Positions 44,841 through 46,987 of a DNA stretch of 46,987 nucleotides are shown in pieces. Source of the DNA: a virus (taxonomy: Duplodnaviria > Heunggongvirae > Uroviricota > Caudoviricetes). The stretch lies in the IMG/VR virus record IMGVR_UViG_2531839402_000001; one strand, written 5' to 3'. Below the pieces are notes generated by a model. The model was not told where the DNA came from and did no database searches. It was given only the letters and a program-made list of their open reading frames with translations. Each line of letters begins with the position of its first letter. The first letter of the stretch is position 1. A program made the position numbers and the translations under genes.

Positions 44841-46366
44841 TAAGACATAGGCGAAAAAGCATTTTGTATCGGGAAGCGCTGGAAAAGCAGTGAGTATCCG
44901 GGAACGTATCGGGAGCACTTTTTACATTATTCTTCTCAACGCGCACCGCAGGGCTGGTGGGCAGTATTTTCCTCTTCCCGAAAACCTACTGAAACAGCTT
45001 GTGACCCTCGAACGCTCTGGCAGAATACGTATCAGCAACTGCGCGCAGCGGGAAGAAAGCCACCCGCGCATCAAACGGTGTACCGCCAGGGAATCAGCCG
45101 TCCCCGCGGCGTTTTGTCTCTATACCGGCACGCCCCCTTTCCATGACGGGAACCCAGCCGTTTCCCGAAAAAACTCCAGCCGTTTCTACTCAGGTAGCCA
45201 GCCTTTCCCCTGCGGGGACGCTCCCGATAGATTTTCGCGGTGGCCCTTTCACTCATTCGACCGCAGGGATGTTACGGGGGATAAAATCAGGACTTGAATA
45301 AATACGGGAAAGGGAGCGATCCCCCTCCATCCTCTCTCTCTTATATCTGTGTTCTTTCCTGACTCGAATAACCTCTCTTATGGGGACTCGTATCTCTCTT
45401 ATTAGCGCTCTATACGGTGACCATTCGTATGGGAGAAAAGGCGACTTTCTTCTCTCTGCCGGTAAGTGGTTTTGCAGATGTTGTAGAGGTGGTTGTCTTG
45501 TGGTTTTCCTCTGGTCTGTATTCTTCGTTTTGGGGATAGTTCTTCTCTGTGTATGGAGTGATGGCGTGTGCGCTTTTCCTTTCGTTTACCTTGAGAGGTG
45601 GAAGTGTGGGTGATGTGGTTTCTGGTCTGTTGTCGTTCTCCGCATGTGAAGTAATGGCGTTCCCTACTTATCAGGAATTTGCGTTTTCTTTCGGGGTAAG
45701 AGTGGGTAAACGAGATGGCGCCGGGAGACTGTTCTGACCTGATCTTGTCTGGAGTTTCTTCCCGGGTATTCTCTTCCGTGTATTGGGGAATGGCGTTCAG
45801 AGAAATTGCCTTTCTCTCGTCGCTATTCAATGGTGGTCGAGATTTGTTTCATGGGGTCGGTAGCCTGGGGCAAAGAGGTTGGTCTTTTCGGTAGCCTGGC
45901 AGGAAGAGGTGGGTATTGCCTGGGTGTGGGGTAATGGCAGTTCCTTTTCTTCGTTATCTTGTTTTGTTGTTTTCTTATCGCCTAAAACAATTTGTTTATA
46001 TGCTCATTAAACGCAACGAGAGCGATTCTGAGCGTGTCTGTTTTGTGGTGGTATCAGGAGTCGTTTTTGGCGTTTTCGTCGCAGGGTGTTGGTCTCTGGT
46101 ACGCTGCTTAACGGATATAAGAAGTGGCATGGCAAAACGTCAACTTTTTGGACCAAATCAGGGTAAAGCGTTGACTTTTCATTGATGTGTTATTTATTTG
46201 TTTTCTTGTGGGTGTTATGTGCGTAAAAGCCTTGCCACGCCTGGAGTGTATGAAGTTGGAGAGTAGGGAAGAGGGGCGATCAACGAGTTCTTATAGAAAT
46301 CCTCAATTAGTGACCGCCAATGTCAACGTGTTGCAGGCTATGGCTGCGCGTTAACTATCCGCCAGG

Positions 46367-46771
46367 CTATCGCATAGAGCTGCTCTCTAACTTCCGTATC
46401 CATCCCCACTCATTGGCCAGTGCCTTTAACTCAGCTGGTATGTTGTCAAATACGGTGGCTATAAGGAGATGATCAGGTAGCTTACCCAGCTCGGCATCAC
46501 GATCAACAGGAACCACGTCGTAAGCGGCATCCAGTATCATCTTGATATTGGCGATCGCCGCTTCGGAGATGTTGAATGTACGCAGTTCATCTGCCCAGCT
46601 ATTGTCACGCATTCCGGCACGAACAATCCAATCATATTCTGTGCCGTGTGCCCAGTTCAGTCCGCGATCGGTGATTGGGTCAAAACAGGCAATTGGCAGT
46701 TGTTCAAAGTCTTCCGCGGTAACGTGCGCAGTGCTGATAATAGCTGTCTTATAGGCTTCAGTAATTTTCAA
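46367..46771 (-). CDS. Hypothetical protein, DUF5983-like
   Basis: ISTAHVT..D, W..GTEY.WIVR, S.A.I.NI and YD.V..DRDA resemble DUF5983 as recalled; TTG start. Confidence 0.6.
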   Translation of the reverse strand: MKITEAYKTAIISTAHVTAEDFEQLPIACFDPITDRGLNWAHGTEYDWIVRAGMRDNSWADELRTFNISEAAIANIKMILDAAYDVVPVDRDAELGKLPDHLLIATVFDNIPAELKALANEWGWIRKLESSSMR

Positions 46772-46787
46772 TATTACTTAAATCTCT

Positions 46788-46851
46788 TAACTAGTTGTTT
46801 TCTTATTTTAGTTATTATCAGAGATAAGAATAGGTAGAAAACATTTTGTTT
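46788..46851 (-). promoter_or_regulatory. Early-type promoter with two degenerate operators
   Basis: AAACATTTTGTTT at 46839-46851 and TAACTAGTTGTTT at 46788-46800 around a GATAAT -10. Confidence 0.55.
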
Positions 46852-46987
46852 GAAGCAGTGCGGCTGCCTCGATACTGTCATAGCGATAATCAGGCGCATA
46901 GTGTCAAAGCTAAGTTCAGATGTTAGGGGCAGGGCAAAGTTGAAATGTCCACTTCGTGCCAGGAGCGGAAGTTGCTAAGTTTGGTCT

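Noticed and set aside
45402-45830. 142-aa minus-strand ORF
   Set aside because: TTG start without RBS; low-complexity R/H/T/E composition explained by the strand skew of the region.
40550-46987. tRNA genes or IS elements in the intergenic DNA
   Set aside because: No cloverleaf/T-loop signature, transposase ORF or terminal inverted repeats recognised by eye; tRNAscan and ISEScan would be needed to exclude them formally.

Overview
A 47-kb slice of a temperate siphovirus-type phage-plasmid, most consistent with the SSU5/pHCM2-like family of Enterobacteriaceae. This family call is inferred from gene content and order; no replicon or integrase gene is in the window. From left to right: a 14-bp tandem repeat array running off the left edge, then a DUF1778/GNAT toxin-antitoxin pair on +. 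Next, about 36 kb of almost uninterrupted minus-strand genes, listed in transcription order: two ParB-N genes, a soluble ABC ATPase, an HExxH protein, a GNAT, a winged-helix protein, terS, terL, portal, scaffold, major capsid, two putative decoration proteins, head-tail joining genes, major tail protein, G/GT chaperones, tape measure, lambda-like M-L-K-I, a 4,057-aa J, a tail fibre with an S74 chaperone, and holin/endolysin/spanins. Then an SF2 helicase plus a small RHH-like gene on +, several moron-like genes, and an array of small minus-strand genes at 42-47 kb with repeated promoter elements. The most notable signals are: (1) a tightly coupled ParB-ParB-ABC-HExxH-GNAT operon upstream of the terminase, a candidate packaging-linked DNA/protein modification system; (2) a giant J with 11 lectin-like modules separated by repeated linkers; (3) two different palindromic operator families that appear to define a late regulon and an early regulon; (4) a tandem Sm-fold protein; (5) paired capsid-associated genes sharing an N-terminal module. 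All product calls come from motif recognition and synteny by eye; no database searches were run.
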